Positions 28,767 through 39,090 are shown, counted from the first letter of the stretch. The stretch: DNA of 64,000 nt from an uncultured Bacillota bacterium (GCA_949300365.1 CASGEC010000006.1:137253-201252); one strand, 5' to 3'. Program-made: numbers and translations. Notes: generated by a model not told the origin, from the sequence alone.

Positions 28767-29810
28767 ATGCGCAATTCAAAACAGATGCTGTCCTACATCC
28801 TTCAACGTCTTCTCCTCATGGTCGTGACCTTCCTCATAATTTTCTTTTTGTGCTTTATCTTGATCCGACTTCTGCCGATCGATCCGGCTACCGGTGCCGG
28901 AAAGGATCCAGAGGTCTTTTACATGATGCAGGTCAACATGGGAAGGATGTACAAGGGTGAGGATGGCCAATATTATGCCGTCCCGGTTCTTGAGCAGCTG
29001 GTGACGTTTCTTTCCAACCTCATCAATCCGGCTTCCTATATCGATGCCAGCGGAAACATCCAGTACGTTTCCCGCTGGGGCTATTCCTGGCAGATCAGCT
29101 GGCTTTCCTCCCCGATCGAGATTCTCGGAAGGCAGCTTCCGCCGACGGTCCTTATCAATGTCTATTCCATCATCCTCTCCATTCCGATCGGTATCGGACT
29201 TGGCATCTACATGGCCTTAAGGAAGAACAAGTGGCAGGATAGCACGCTCAGCGTCCTCGTCATGCTTTTCATCTCCGTCCCGAGCTTTGTCTACGCCTTC
29301 CTCCTCCAGTATCTCTTCGCCTACGTCTGGAATGTCCTTCCGCCAATCCGCGCGAACTTCGATGGTTCCTGGTTTACTTGGGACATGTTCAAATCCATGA
29401 TCCTTCCCGTCCTTGCCATGTCCTTTGGATCCATCGCCGGCTTTGCCCGCTACACCCGCGCCGAGCTGACGGAGGTGTTGACCTCGGATTTCATGCTTCT
29501 TGCCAGAACGAAGGGTCTTTCCCGCTCCCAGGCGACTTTCCGCCATGCCTTCCGCAATTCCCTTGTCCCGATCTTCCCGATGATCCTGGGCCAGTTCATT
29601 TCCGTTCTCTCCGGCTCGATCATCATCGAACAGATCTTCAGCGTCAATGGCGTCGGCGCCCTCTTCCTCCAGTCCATTCAGATGCGCGACTATGACGTCT
29701 TCCAGTTCGTCGGTATGTTCTATGTCCTCATCGGCCTTGTCGGAACGCTTGTCGTCGATGTCTCCTATGGCCTTGTCGATCCTCGAATCCGTATGGGAGG
29801 GAAAAAGTAA
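28767..29810 (+). CDS. oppB: Oligopeptide ABC transporter permease
   Basis: 347 aa. BPD_transp_1 EAA-like loop ARTKGLSRSQATFRHAFRNSLVPI. Six TM helices. Confidence 0.9.
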   Translation: MRNSKQMLSYILQRLLLMVVTFLIIFFLCFILIRLLPIDPATGAGKDPEVFYMMQVNMGRMYKGEDGQYYAVPVLEQLVTFLSNLINPASYIDASGNIQYVSRWGYSWQISWLSSPIEILGRQLPPTVLINVYSIILSIPIGIGLGIYMALRKNKWQDSTLSVLVMLFISVPSFVYAFLLQYLFAYVWNVLPPIRANFDGSWFTWDMFKSMILPVLAMSFGSIAGFARYTRAELTEVLTSDFMLLARTKGLSRSQATFRHAFRNSLVPIFPMILGQFISVLSGSIIIEQIFSVNGVGALFLQSIQMRDYDVFQFVGMFYVLIGLVGTLVVDVSYGLVDPRIRMGGKK

Positions 29811-31514
29811 ATGAACGAGAACAGAATCGTCCTCGCCAACGCGGACGAGGAAGAAGGCAAGCTGGTCTCCTCCCTCACCAAGGATGACTTCCAGTTCGTC
29901 CAGGAAAAGAGCGAGATCCACGACCAGGCTTTCGAGACGAAGCCGATCAGTTACCTGCACGACTGCTGGCGCCGCTTTGCCAAGAACAAGAGCTCCATCG
30001 TCGGCGGCATCATCATCCTTCTCATCATCCTCTATGCCATCATCGTTCCCTTCGTCGAGCCGAAGGCCCACGTCAGCCAGAAGGACTTCCCCAACGGCTA
30101 CCAGGACATCAACTTCCGCTATGCCACGCCGTATCTTTCCATCTTCAATGGCACGGGCTTCTGGGATGGCTCGACTGTCCGGACCGTTTCCGAAAACGAT
30201 TACCTTATCTATCAGTACGACGATGGTAACCACCCTCGCGCCGAGCTGATCTCGAAGAACGAGACGAAGCAGACAATCGGCTCCACCACCTTGACGACGG
30301 TCACCTACACCATCCGCGAGGACACCTATGCCATCGGCTGCAAGAACATCACCATCAGCCAGAGCGAATACCAGAAGCTGACCGAATACGAACAGGAGCA
30401 AGGCATCTACCATACTGAGAATTCCATCTCCAAGCCCTTCGTCGATGCCTCGACCTACCTTAAGGAATATCAGGCCCAGCTCGAGAAGGAGATGGAAGAA
30501 GGTGCCAACCTCACCCAGCCTCTCATCACGGGCATCATCGACTACATGTCCAACTACTACAACCAGAATCCGAACGTCTACTTCGCCCTGACGGCCAAGA
30601 ACCCGACGACGGGCCAGTATTCCCAAAACCGCTACTTCCCGGTCCTGGATGCTAACGGAGAGCCTGTTTCCATCTATGCCACCGACGAGAACGGCGATGA
30701 AGTCTACTATCGTCCGACGACCGATGAAGTCACCATCCGCGTCGATTACTTCGATTGGTTCGTCTACCGCTACGGCTTCTTGCCTTATTCCCTCTTCGGT
30801 ACCAACGCCCAGGGACAGGATATCTTCCTCCGTCTTGCCGAAGGTGCCCGCTTCTCCCTCATCCTTGGCGTCTGCATTTCCCTTGTCAACTTTGTCATCG
30901 GCCTTGTCTGGGGTGCCGTTTCCGGCTATTACGGCGGAAAGGTCGACCTCTTCATGGAACGCTGCACCGACATCATCGCCAACATCCCCTCGATCATCAT
31001 CCTGACTATCTGCCAGATTCAATTCCTGAACAACAATGAACTCATCGCCGCTGTCGGAAGCGGAGGCATGGTCATCCTGGCTATCCTCGTCGCCTTTGTC
31101 TACAACGGGTGGACAGGCGTCGCATCGACAACGCGTATGCAGTTCTATCGCTTCAAGAGCCAGGAGTATGTCCTTGCCAGCCGTACCTTGGGCGCTCGCG
31201 ACAGAAGGCTTATCTTCCGCCACATCCTCCCCAACGCCGTCGGAACCCTGGTCACCTCTTCCGTCCTCATGGTCCCGAGCGTCATCTTCTCCGAATCCTC
31301 CCTGTCGTACCTCGGCATCATCGACTTTGCCTCCTCGGGTCTCTCCTCGATCGGTACATTGCTCAACGAAGGACAGCAAGCAGGCCTTGCCAACTATCCG
31401 CATATGCTTCTCTTCCCCTGCATCGTCATCTCGCTCTTGATGATCTGCTTCAATCTCTTCGGAAACGGCCTGAGAGATGCCTTCAATACATCCCTGAAAG
31501 GTAGCGAGGACTAG
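29811..31514 (+). CDS. oppC: Oligopeptide ABC transporter permease with a roughly 280-aa extracytoplasmic insert after TM1
   Basis: 567 aa. N-terminal OppC_N-like WRRFAKNKSSIVGGIIILLI. C-terminal permease core with ASRTLGARDRRLIFRHILPNAV. Start is adjacent to the oppB stop. Confidence 0.9.
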   Translation: MNENRIVLANADEEEGKLVSSLTKDDFQFVQEKSEIHDQAFETKPISYLHDCWRRFAKNKSSIVGGIIILLIILYAIIVPFVEPKAHVSQKDFPNGYQDINFRYATPYLSIFNGTGFWDGSTVRTVSENDYLIYQYDDGNHPRAELISKNETKQTIGSTTLTTVTYTIREDTYAIGCKNITISQSEYQKLTEYEQEQGIYHTENSISKPFVDASTYLKEYQAQLEKEMEEGANLTQPLITGIIDYMSNYYNQNPNVYFALTAKNPTTGQYSQNRYFPVLDANGEPVSIYATDENGDEVYYRPTTDEVTIRVDYFDWFVYRYGFLPYSLFGTNAQGQDIFLRLAEGARFSLILGVCISLVNFVIGLVWGAVSGYYGGKVDLFMERCTDIIANIPSIIILTICQIQFLNNNELIAAVGSGGMVILAILVAFVYNGWTGVASTTRMQFYRFKSQEYVLASRTLGARDRRLIFRHILPNAVGTLVTSSVLMVPSVIFSESSLSYLGIIDFASSGLSSIGTLLNEGQQAGLANYPHMLLFPCIVISLLMICFNLFGNGLRDAFNTSLKGSED

Positions 31515-31517
31515 AAC

Positions 31518-33290
31518 ATGGAAACCTCGAGAAACGAAAAGAACAAGATTCTTGAAGTCAAGAACCTCCGCATCTCCTTCAAGACCAACGGCGGCACCGT
31601 CAAGGCTGTCCGCGGTATCGACTTTGCCCTTTATCGCGGAAAGGTCCTGGCGATTGTCGGCGAATCCGGTTCCGGAAAGTCCGTCACGTCCAAGGCGATT
31701 TTGGGCATCCTTGCCAACAACAAGATCATCGAGGATGGCCAGATCATCTTCGACGGAAAGGATCTTCTCAAGCTCAGCGAAGACGAGTTCACCAAGATCC
31801 GCGGCGTGAAGATTTCCATGATCTTCCAGGATCCTCTCTCCTCGCTTGACCCGATCATCACCGTCGGCAAGCAGCTGACCGAAGCCATGGTTTTGAAGAA
31901 CAAGGCCTCTCGGAAGGAAGCCTCTGCCTTTATCCGTCGCATCGACTCAGCCATGAAGCATATTCTTCCCGAGGAAGCCAACAGGATCCAGGAATTCGGA
32001 AAGACCCTTTCCAAGGAAGGAACGGCCGAGGAAGGCGACATTCCTCTCCTCTTCCAGAAGGCCTATGTCCTTGCCCAGGAAAAGAGAAAGGAAAACGTCA
32101 ACCGCCTCATCCCTGAGGTCCAAGCCATTCTCGATGGCTGGGAGAAGAAGGATATCCTGTCGATCCGAAGCGCGGTTAGAAGCATCTACCATCAGCTTCC
32201 GGGCCTTTCTTCTGCCTTGTCCTATCAAAGCGACAATGTCGTCGATGTCTTCAAGGCCGTCTGTGAGGATTACTTCGCAGCCATCGAACGCTCCAAAAAG
32301 CTCCTCCGCAGGAGGAAAGCCATCCTCAAGCGTTTTGGAAAGGATGAAATCTTCGACCTCCCGCCGACCCAAAGGGCCAACATGCAGGAAGTCGTTATCG
32401 AACCGGAGGAATACCTCAAGGATATCCGCAAGACGATCGAGAACTTCCTCGTCCGCCTTCGTGAAATCGCCGCCATGGACAAGGAGCATGCCGAGAAGAG
32501 AGGAAGAGGACTCTTTGAAGCCTACAAACAGAACGCCATCGAGCGGGTCCACGTCCTCAGCGCCGGCGAGGCCAAGGAAAGGGCATTGGCCCTTCTGAAG
32601 GATGTCGGCATCCCCGAACCCGAAAGACGCTTCAACCAATATCCCTTCGAGTTCTCCGGCGGTATGCGTCAGAGAATCGTCATCGCCATCGCCCTTTCCT
32701 CCAATCCCGATATCCTCATCTGCGATGAACCGACGACGGCCCTCGACGTCACCATCCAGGCTCAGATCCTCGAGCTTATCAAGAGGCTCAAGGAGGAGAA
32801 GAACCTCTCCATCATCTTCATCACCCACGACCTCGGCGTCGTTGCCAACATGGCCGATGACATCGCCGTCATGTATGCCGGAAAGATCGTCGAGTATGGA
32901 ACGGTCTATGACATCTTCTACGATCCCCGTCACCCCTATACCTGGGCGCTTCTGGGATCGATGCCGGATTTGAAGACGAAGGAGAAGCTCAACGCCATCC
33001 CCGGCACCCCGCCCAACATGCTCCTTCCTCCCAAGGGCGATGCCTTTGCTGCCAGAAACAAGTTCGCCGTCAAGGAAGACTTCCTCAGGCAACCGCCCTA
33101 TTTCCAAGTCAGTTCGACCCATTATGCCGCGACATGGCTTCTCCATCCGGAGGCACCGGACGTGAAGGCGCCGGCCATCGTCAGCAAGCGTATTGCCGAA
33201 TCCCTTGCCGCCAACAACAAGAACCGGCCGGAGCCGGACAATACCAAGAACTCCATCCTCAACTACATCGGAGGTGAAGACAATGAGTGA
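31518..33290 (+). CDS. oppD: Oligopeptide ABC transporter ATPase with a large insert between the Q-loop and the signature motif
   Basis: 590 aa. Walker A GESGSGKSV, Q-loop MIFQDP (31818-31835), signature FSGGMRQR (32652-32675), Walker B ILICDEPTTALD. C-terminal oligo_HPY-like PRHPYTWALL. Confidence 0.9.
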   Translation: METSRNEKNKILEVKNLRISFKTNGGTVKAVRGIDFALYRGKVLAIVGESGSGKSVTSKAILGILANNKIIEDGQIIFDGKDLLKLSEDEFTKIRGVKISMIFQDPLSSLDPIITVGKQLTEAMVLKNKASRKEASAFIRRIDSAMKHILPEEANRIQEFGKTLSKEGTAEEGDIPLLFQKAYVLAQEKRKENVNRLIPEVQAILDGWEKKDILSIRSAVRSIYHQLPGLSSALSYQSDNVVDVFKAVCEDYFAAIERSKKLLRRRKAILKRFGKDEIFDLPPTQRANMQEVVIEPEEYLKDIRKTIENFLVRLREIAAMDKEHAEKRGRGLFEAYKQNAIERVHVLSAGEAKERALALLKDVGIPEPERRFNQYPFEFSGGMRQRIVIAIALSSNPDILICDEPTTALDVTIQAQILELIKRLKEEKNLSIIFITHDLGVVANMADDIAVMYAGKIVEYGTVYDIFYDPRHPYTWALLGSMPDLKTKEKLNAIPGTPPNMLLPPKGDAFAARNKFAVKEDFLRQPPYFQVSSTHYAATWLLHPEAPDVKAPAIVSKRIAESLAANNKNRPEPDNTKNSILNYIGGEDNE

Positions 33291-34809
33291 TAGCAAGAAG
33301 AAGACAGAAGCCGTTTCCACCTTCGACTACGAAAACGCAAAGGAAGTTCTCAAGGTCAAGCATCTGAAGCAGTACTTCCGCTTCAAGAATGCCGGCTCGA
33401 AGTATCTCAAGGCCGTCCACGACGTTTCCTTCACCGTCTACAAGGGAGAGGTCTTCGGCCTTGTCGGCGAGTCCGGATGCGGAAAGACGACGACCGGAAG
33501 AGACATCCTCAAGCTCTACAAGATCACCTCCGGCGATATCTGGCTGGATGGCGTCCGCATCGCCGCCGGCACACGGTGGAACGAGAAGGAAATCAAGTTC
33601 ACCAACATCCGCCTAAGGAAATACCTCCGCGAATTCCCCAAGAAGAAGGCCTCGGCCATCGCCGCGTTGGCGGAAAGCTATGCCAGTGAGTTCGACGAGG
33701 ACTTCAACCCGTCACGCCTGGCGTCCCTGAAGGCTTCCGACAAAGACAACGACAATGACGTCAGCATCATCCAGGCCAAGAAAGCCTATCTTGAGCGCTA
33801 CGAGAAACTCCTCTCGGACCTCGAGAAGGAAAGGGAAGAGAAGATCCGCTCCGCCCAGGAGATCTGCAAGACCCAAAGGGAGGCGATCGCAAAGGCGCGC
33901 AAGGACGACAAGGACTATGCCAAGCGCATCTCCGACATCGCCGTGAAGGAGTACATCGAATCCCACAAGGACGACAAGGACGTCATCAAGGCCTACGAGG
34001 AGAAATTGGCCAAGGAAACGGACGAAAGGAAGAAGGCGTTCCTTGAGACGTGGATCGCGGACAAAAAGGAAAGCTATGACCAAGGCCTTGCTAAGGCTAA
34101 GGCGACAAGCCTCCCCAACAAGGTCCAGATGATCTTCCAGGATCCGATTGCTTCCCTCGACCCGAGAATGACCGTCCGCAACATCATCTCCGAAGGTCTT
34201 GTCATCCAAGGCGTCCACGACCAGAAGTACATCAACGACGAGGTCAGCCGCGTCCTGAAGCTTGTCGGCCTGGTCCCCGAGCACGCCAACCGCTATCCCC
34301 ATGAGTTCTCCGGCGGACAGAGACAGAGAATCGGTATCGCCAGGGCCATCATCATGAAGCCGGAACTGATCGTTGCCGATGAGCCGGTCTCCGCCCTCGA
34401 CGTCTCCATCCAGGCACAGGTCATCAACCTTCTCAACGATCTGAGGAAGAACCTGGGTCTGACCATCATCTTCATCGCCCACAACCTCTCCGTCGTCAAG
34501 TACTTCTGCGACCGTATCGCCGTCATGTACTTCGGCAATCTCGTCGAGCTTGCCACCTCCGACGAACTCTTCGCCCATCCGCTCCATCCCTATACCAAGT
34601 CCCTTCTCTCCGCCGTCCCCTATCCGGACCCCAACATCGAATCGGAAAGAAAGAGAATCCTCTACAATCCGGCCCAATCCCACGACTACTCCAAGCAGAA
34701 GCCGACTCTGAGGGAACTGGAAAAGGGACACTTCGTCCTCTGCAACGATGCGGAGGAAGAGCAGTACCGGAAGGAACTTCTCGAGCAGAAATCCATCTAT
34801 GCCAAATAA
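33283..34809 (+). CDS. oppF: Oligopeptide ABC transporter ATPase with a large Lys/Glu-rich insert between Walker A and the Q-loop
   Basis: 508 aa from ATG 33283 (8-nt overlap with the oppD stop). Walker A GESGCGKTT (33466-33492), Q-loop QMIFQDP (about 34126), signature FSGGQRQR, Walker B LIVADEPVSALD. Confidence 0.9.
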   Translation: MSDSKKKTEAVSTFDYENAKEVLKVKHLKQYFRFKNAGSKYLKAVHDVSFTVYKGEVFGLVGESGCGKTTTGRDILKLYKITSGDIWLDGVRIAAGTRWNEKEIKFTNIRLRKYLREFPKKKASAIAALAESYASEFDEDFNPSRLASLKASDKDNDNDVSIIQAKKAYLERYEKLLSDLEKEREEKIRSAQEICKTQREAIAKARKDDKDYAKRISDIAVKEYIESHKDDKDVIKAYEEKLAKETDERKKAFLETWIADKKESYDQGLAKAKATSLPNKVQMIFQDPIASLDPRMTVRNIISEGLVIQGVHDQKYINDEVSRVLKLVGLVPEHANRYPHEFSGGQRQRIGIARAIIMKPELIVADEPVSALDVSIQAQVINLLNDLRKNLGLTIIFIAHNLSVVKYFCDRIAVMYFGNLVELATSDELFAHPLHPYTKSLLSAVPYPDPNIESERKRILYNPAQSHDYSKQKPTLRELEKGHFVLCNDAEEEQYRKELLEQKSIYAK

Positions 34810-35281
34810 CGAAGAAAAGGACGATGGCATCTTCCCGGAAGGGGAGAAGGAGAAAAAGCCTCTCTTCACCAAGTCCTTCTTCATCGGCCTTGCCGTCTCG
34901 CTTGGCGTCAGCGGTCTTATCGCCGCCATCATCGCCATCATCGAGATCTATGGCCTGGGAAGGAAAGCCGATCCCTACCTCTACCTCATACTCGTGGATT
35001 CCTTCTCCGTCAGCGGCCTCCTGATGATCCTCTTCTATCTCTTCGTCATCATCAGCCGCAAGGGTGCCTTCGATGCGCTCGTCTATGGCGTCAAGGTCGC
35101 CTTCTACACGATCTTCTTCAAGGACCTGAGGGATTCCAAGCTCCCTCGGACCTACGCCGACTACAAGGCAATGAAGGCCGACAAGGAACATGCCGGCGTC
35201 AGCTATGTCTTCTTTGCCGGAATCCTCTTCCTTGTCATCGCCCTCATCCTCCTCATCCCGTATTACCAGACTCGACCCTGA
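34799..35281 (+). CDS. DUF3899-like small membrane protein
   Basis: 160 aa from ATG 34799 (overlaps the oppF stop). TM helices flank ISRKGAFDALVYGVKVAFYTIF..., matching the DUF3899 pattern. Confidence 0.6.
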   Translation: MPNNEEKDDGIFPEGEKEKKPLFTKSFFIGLAVSLGVSGLIAAIIAIIEIYGLGRKADPYLYLILVDSFSVSGLLMILFYLFVIISRKGAFDALVYGVKVAFYTIFFKDLRDSKLPRTYADYKAMKADKEHAGVSYVFFAGILFLVIALILLIPYYQTRP

Positions 35282-35308
35282 GTCCACAAAGATAAAAGGA
35301 GAACAGAC

Positions 35309-37063
35309 ATGAAAAGCAAAAAGTTTCGTTTCCTTGCCGCACTGCTGATGCTCGGATTTGTCTCCGGATGCACAAACGGCAATACCGGAACCGGCGAAAC
35401 CACATCCACCACGCCAGGCAATACCGGTGACACGACCATCAACACGACGACTCCTGCCCAAACCGAGGCCGACATCACAAACGAGGACCTCGAGAAGGCC
35501 CAGACGACCTATATCGACGAAAATGGGGAAGAGCAGCCGCTCAACATGAACACCCTCTATTCCAACCAGAACGCTCCCCATCTCAACCCTCTTGGCGACC
35601 AGCACGTCTTCGTCGCTCCCTTCTGCTTCGTCGATAATCCCAACGATCCCAAGGATACCATCACCCCGACCGACGAGCTTCTTAGCCACATCCGTCTGAC
35701 CTTCAATGGAACGGAGGAAGAGCTTAAGGCTGCCGGAGCCGAGGGCATCTATTCGGTTTCGGAATTCTATCAGCAATCCAGCTACGGCAAGGCAAACTTC
35801 GAGGCCTATGTCATGCCGACTTGGATCCAGTACGATGGCACGGCCAAGGACTTTGAAGCCTATGCCGGACAGAACGCCGGTATCGCCGCCGCCCAGTACT
35901 GCCGCGACTGGTATATCAAGGAATACAACAAGGCCGGACACGGCGCTTTGGGCGAGGATGCGGAAAGCATCGACTTCTTCGATGCCGACAAGGATGGCTT
36001 CATCGATCTGATGTGGGTTGTCTACGCTTATCCTTACACGTCCAACGACACAAGCTTCTGGTGGGCCTATGTCACCTACACCAGCTCCCTTGCCAATCCG
36101 TCCACGCCGAATGTCAAGACGCTCGGTTGGGCTTCGACACAGTTCATGACGGAATCCTTCTCCGGCTATGACTCCCACACGTTCATCCACGAGACCGGCC
36201 ATACCTTCGGTCTTGACGACTACTACGACTACAACGGCACCTGGAAACCGGTCGCCAGCGTCGACTACATGGACCAGAACCTCGGCGATCACAACGCCTT
36301 CTCCAAGTTCTCCTTGGGTTGGGCACAGCCGTGGGTCCTTAAGGAAGAGGATCTCGAAGGAGACAAGACGGCCGTCATCACTCTCCGCGCCTTCACCAAT
36401 TCCGGCGATTGCCTCGTCCTTGCCTCTCCTAACTACAACAACACGGCCTTCGACGAATACTTCATCCTGGAGCTTGTCGGTCCGACCGGACTTGCCGAAA
36501 GAGACTATCTCAACGGCTACCAGAACACTACGGGATTCACCGAGCCCGGCATCCGCGTCTTCCATGTCGATGCAAGAGCCTTCGGCGGCACCGTCACGCA
36601 CGATAGCTACTATACCGACGCCGACAAACTTGGACAGAGCGCTACGGACATGCGCGTTGGCAACACCTGGGGCGGAAGACAGGGCCTCCAGTACGACGGC
36701 GACTACTTCCCCATCGAGAAGAATGGCAACGTCTCTCCGAGCTATATGCCTCTTCTTTCCATCATCGAGGCTTCCGTCAAGGATACCAACTGGACCAACA
36801 GCAGCAACTACAATGCCACCAACAGCTCTCTCTTCACTACGGGTACGAGACTCAACATGACCGAATCGTCCACTTGGTGCACGACCTACATGCCTTCCAA
36901 GACCAATCTCTGGAACAAAGCCTGCACGACGACGGGATGGTCCGGAAACACCAAGCAGTACGAAATCGATGAAGACTGCACTGCCAACTTCCGTATGCGC
37001 GTCCTGGATATCCAGAAAGATGCGGAATACGGCTATGTCGCCCGGGTCCAGATCACTCTCTAA
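35309..37063 (+). CDS. Lipoprotein zinc metalloprotease (M6/immune-inhibitor-A-like HExxH...D..YD)
   Basis: 584 aa. Lipobox GFVSGC. Active-site-like FIHETGHTFGLDDYYDY. SD AAAGGAGA. Confidence 0.75.
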   Translation: MKSKKFRFLAALLMLGFVSGCTNGNTGTGETTSTTPGNTGDTTINTTTPAQTEADITNEDLEKAQTTYIDENGEEQPLNMNTLYSNQNAPHLNPLGDQHVFVAPFCFVDNPNDPKDTITPTDELLSHIRLTFNGTEEELKAAGAEGIYSVSEFYQQSSYGKANFEAYVMPTWIQYDGTAKDFEAYAGQNAGIAAAQYCRDWYIKEYNKAGHGALGEDAESIDFFDADKDGFIDLMWVVYAYPYTSNDTSFWWAYVTYTSSLANPSTPNVKTLGWASTQFMTESFSGYDSHTFIHETGHTFGLDDYYDYNGTWKPVASVDYMDQNLGDHNAFSKFSLGWAQPWVLKEEDLEGDKTAVITLRAFTNSGDCLVLASPNYNNTAFDEYFILELVGPTGLAERDYLNGYQNTTGFTEPGIRVFHVDARAFGGTVTHDSYYTDADKLGQSATDMRVGNTWGGRQGLQYDGDYFPIEKNGNVSPSYMPLLSIIEASVKDTNWTNSSNYNATNSSLFTTGTRLNMTESSTWCTTYMPSKTNLWNKACTTTGWSGNTKQYEIDEDCTANFRMRVLDIQKDAEYGYVARVQITL

Positions 37064-37084
37064 AGAATAGACACAAAGGCAAAG

Positions 37085-37120
37085 ACCCCTCCCCTGAAAA
37101 AGGAGGGGTTTTCTTTGTGT
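37085..37120 (+). terminator. Rho-independent terminator ending the Opp/protease cluster
   Basis: Stem ACCCCTCC (37085-37092) / GGAGGGGT (37102-37109), followed by TTTTCTTTGTGTTTTC. Confidence 0.8.
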
Positions 37121-37413
37121 TTTCTTCTACCATCAAAAAGATTTCTTTCCTGAGGATGACGAAGGCTTCCTAGTGAAAGCTTCCCATCGATGGCAAAGAA
37201 TCTAGAACAGGGATTCCATAGGGAATGACAAATTCCGGCATAGAACGCAGCCAATGATAGAAGCGCTTTCACAATGTTTTGATTTCCCATAAAAACACGA
37301 CCGGAGCGGATTACAGTGATAATTTCAGTACATATCATTTCCCTCCGAAAATGTTTTTTTGTGGGATGCCTCTACCCTAAAATCCATGCATTCAAAGAAA
37401 GGAACACACGACT

Positions 37414-39039
37414 ATGAAAGCACAAAGACTACTTCCGCTTTTGTCTATCTGTCTTTTGGCCTCCTGCCAGGGAACCGGAGCTCCCACGCCAGGAGGGGAA
37501 TCCACATCGACACCATCAGAGGCGATAACGACGCCGGCCGAGGGCAGTCCCACCACACCCCAGGAGCCGATCACACCTACCGTGGATCTGGCCAAGGATT
37601 CGCTGGAAGACCTTCTGTCGACAGACCTTCTTGACTACACCTATATGGTAAGGAAATATCAGGACAGCTATCTTGATGGCCGTATCGCTGAGAACGCCAG
37701 ACAGACTTTAAAGGGACATAGCTATGTCGATGCCTTTGAGGCCGAAGTCACCTATGAGGAACTTTCCGGCGTCATGGAACCGGAAACGGTTTCTTCCTCA
37801 ACAGGACGGATGGCTTCCTACAATCTGGATGAGACTTCGTATATTTATGGTCTCGTGAGCGAAATGCCATCGGACAATGACTTTGTCCAGATTCTCGAGC
37901 TCAATCGCTATAGCACCGTCAATCAGACAGAGGAGATGATCTACTCCACGCTTATCGATAGTGCCATTACCGGATTCACGGATTTGGACGCGCTTTATCC
38001 TACCTCTTATGGCTATACCCTTCAGGATCCGGCCATCGTCGAAGAGGAGGATGGATTCCTCATCACTCTGTTGGCAACGGCAGAAGAATCCGGGTATTAT
38101 GCCAAGGAAGAGCAGTCCGTCTCCGTTCTTCTCGACAAGTATTCCGGAGCCGTCAAGGAGATATCCTCTTTCTCCTTCCTCTACGACATGGGCTATGAGG
38201 GCGATAGCCGTGAGGAAGGCGCCAATAGCTACAATGTGGCAACCCTGGTCATCGAAAGGACAGGAACAAGGACGGAAACGGAAATCGAGCCTTTGGACAC
38301 TTCTTCCGTGCCAGAGGGGCAAATCCAATCCTTCGTCTATGAGGTTCCGGAAGTCGCTGCGGGCGATATTCCCGAAGACAAGGTCCTTGAAATCTTTGCC
38401 AACATCAAGGCCTACACCAAGGGAACGAACAAGGATAGCTTCACCGTCGATACCAGCGCCTTGGTGGATACGACGACCTTCGAAACAATGCCTCCTGCCA
38501 AGGGTGTCGGCGAAGCCATCCTCTATGAGGATGATCTCTATGCCAGTACCGTCGATTATACCTTCGAGGAAAGCAGCGGTCTTCAACCCCTGACCCAAGT
38601 GACAACAAACGAGGCCGAAGACGATGGCATCCACTCCTCTTCCAATGGCTACGAAAGCGTCATACCGCCGGAATACGTGACGGAATGGGCGACCTATTTC
38701 ACGCCTGGCCCATTCACGGCGACAATGGGAACGGGAATCTACGCCGTTCAGGAAATCGCCGCCTCCGGCTTTGGAAAAACGGAGACCGAATTCTCCGTCA
38801 GTGAAAGCGAGCTTCTTGAAGCCAAGAAGGAAGGCAATACCATCACCATCCACTTCACTTCCTCCAGCGTCGGAATGTTCTCCAACTCCTCCTACGACAT
38901 CACCATCACGATCGTCGACGACTTCCTGACGAAATACGAGGTGGACAATGAAAACGGGGCGACGGAATATTCCGAAGCCTCCTATACCTATGAAGTCCAC
39001 AACCTCTCCAAAGGCGATCCTCTTCCTAGAGAAGAGTAA
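37414..39039 (+). CDS. Surface lipoprotein, function unknown
   Basis: 541 aa. Lipobox CLLASC followed by a Thr/Pro/Glu-rich linker. Host-like codon usage. Confidence 0.75.
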   Translation: MKAQRLLPLLSICLLASCQGTGAPTPGGESTSTPSEAITTPAEGSPTTPQEPITPTVDLAKDSLEDLLSTDLLDYTYMVRKYQDSYLDGRIAENARQTLKGHSYVDAFEAEVTYEELSGVMEPETVSSSTGRMASYNLDETSYIYGLVSEMPSDNDFVQILELNRYSTVNQTEEMIYSTLIDSAITGFTDLDALYPTSYGYTLQDPAIVEEEDGFLITLLATAEESGYYAKEEQSVSVLLDKYSGAVKEISSFSFLYDMGYEGDSREEGANSYNVATLVIERTGTRTETEIEPLDTSSVPEGQIQSFVYEVPEVAAGDIPEDKVLEIFANIKAYTKGTNKDSFTVDTSALVDTTTFETMPPAKGVGEAILYEDDLYASTVDYTFEESSGLQPLTQVTTNEAEDDGIHSSSNGYESVIPPEYVTEWATYFTPGPFTATMGTGIYAVQEIAASGFGKTETEFSVSESELLEAKKEGNTITIHFTSSSVGMFSNSSYDITITIVDDFLTKYEVDNENGATEYSEASYTYEVHNLSKGDPLPREE

Positions 39040-39051
39040 AAAAAGGACATT

Positions 39052-39090
39052 GGCCCTGCTTAGAAGTCTTTCTTGGCAGGGCTTTTTCTT
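39052..39090 (+). terminator. Rho-independent terminator
   Basis: Stem GCCCTGC (39053-39059) / GCAGGGC (39076-39082), followed by TTTTTCTT. Confidence 0.7.

Noticed and set aside
29217-31403. 728-aa minus-strand ORF spanning oppB and oppC
   Set aside because: It mirrors two permease genes that happen to share a frame. It has no SD or promoter of its own and shows antisense-type composition.
37060-37338. 92-aa minus-strand ORF downstream of the metalloprotease gene
   Set aside because: It runs through the strong terminator hairpin (37085-37120) and the 3' end of the protease gene. Its codon usage is atypical.
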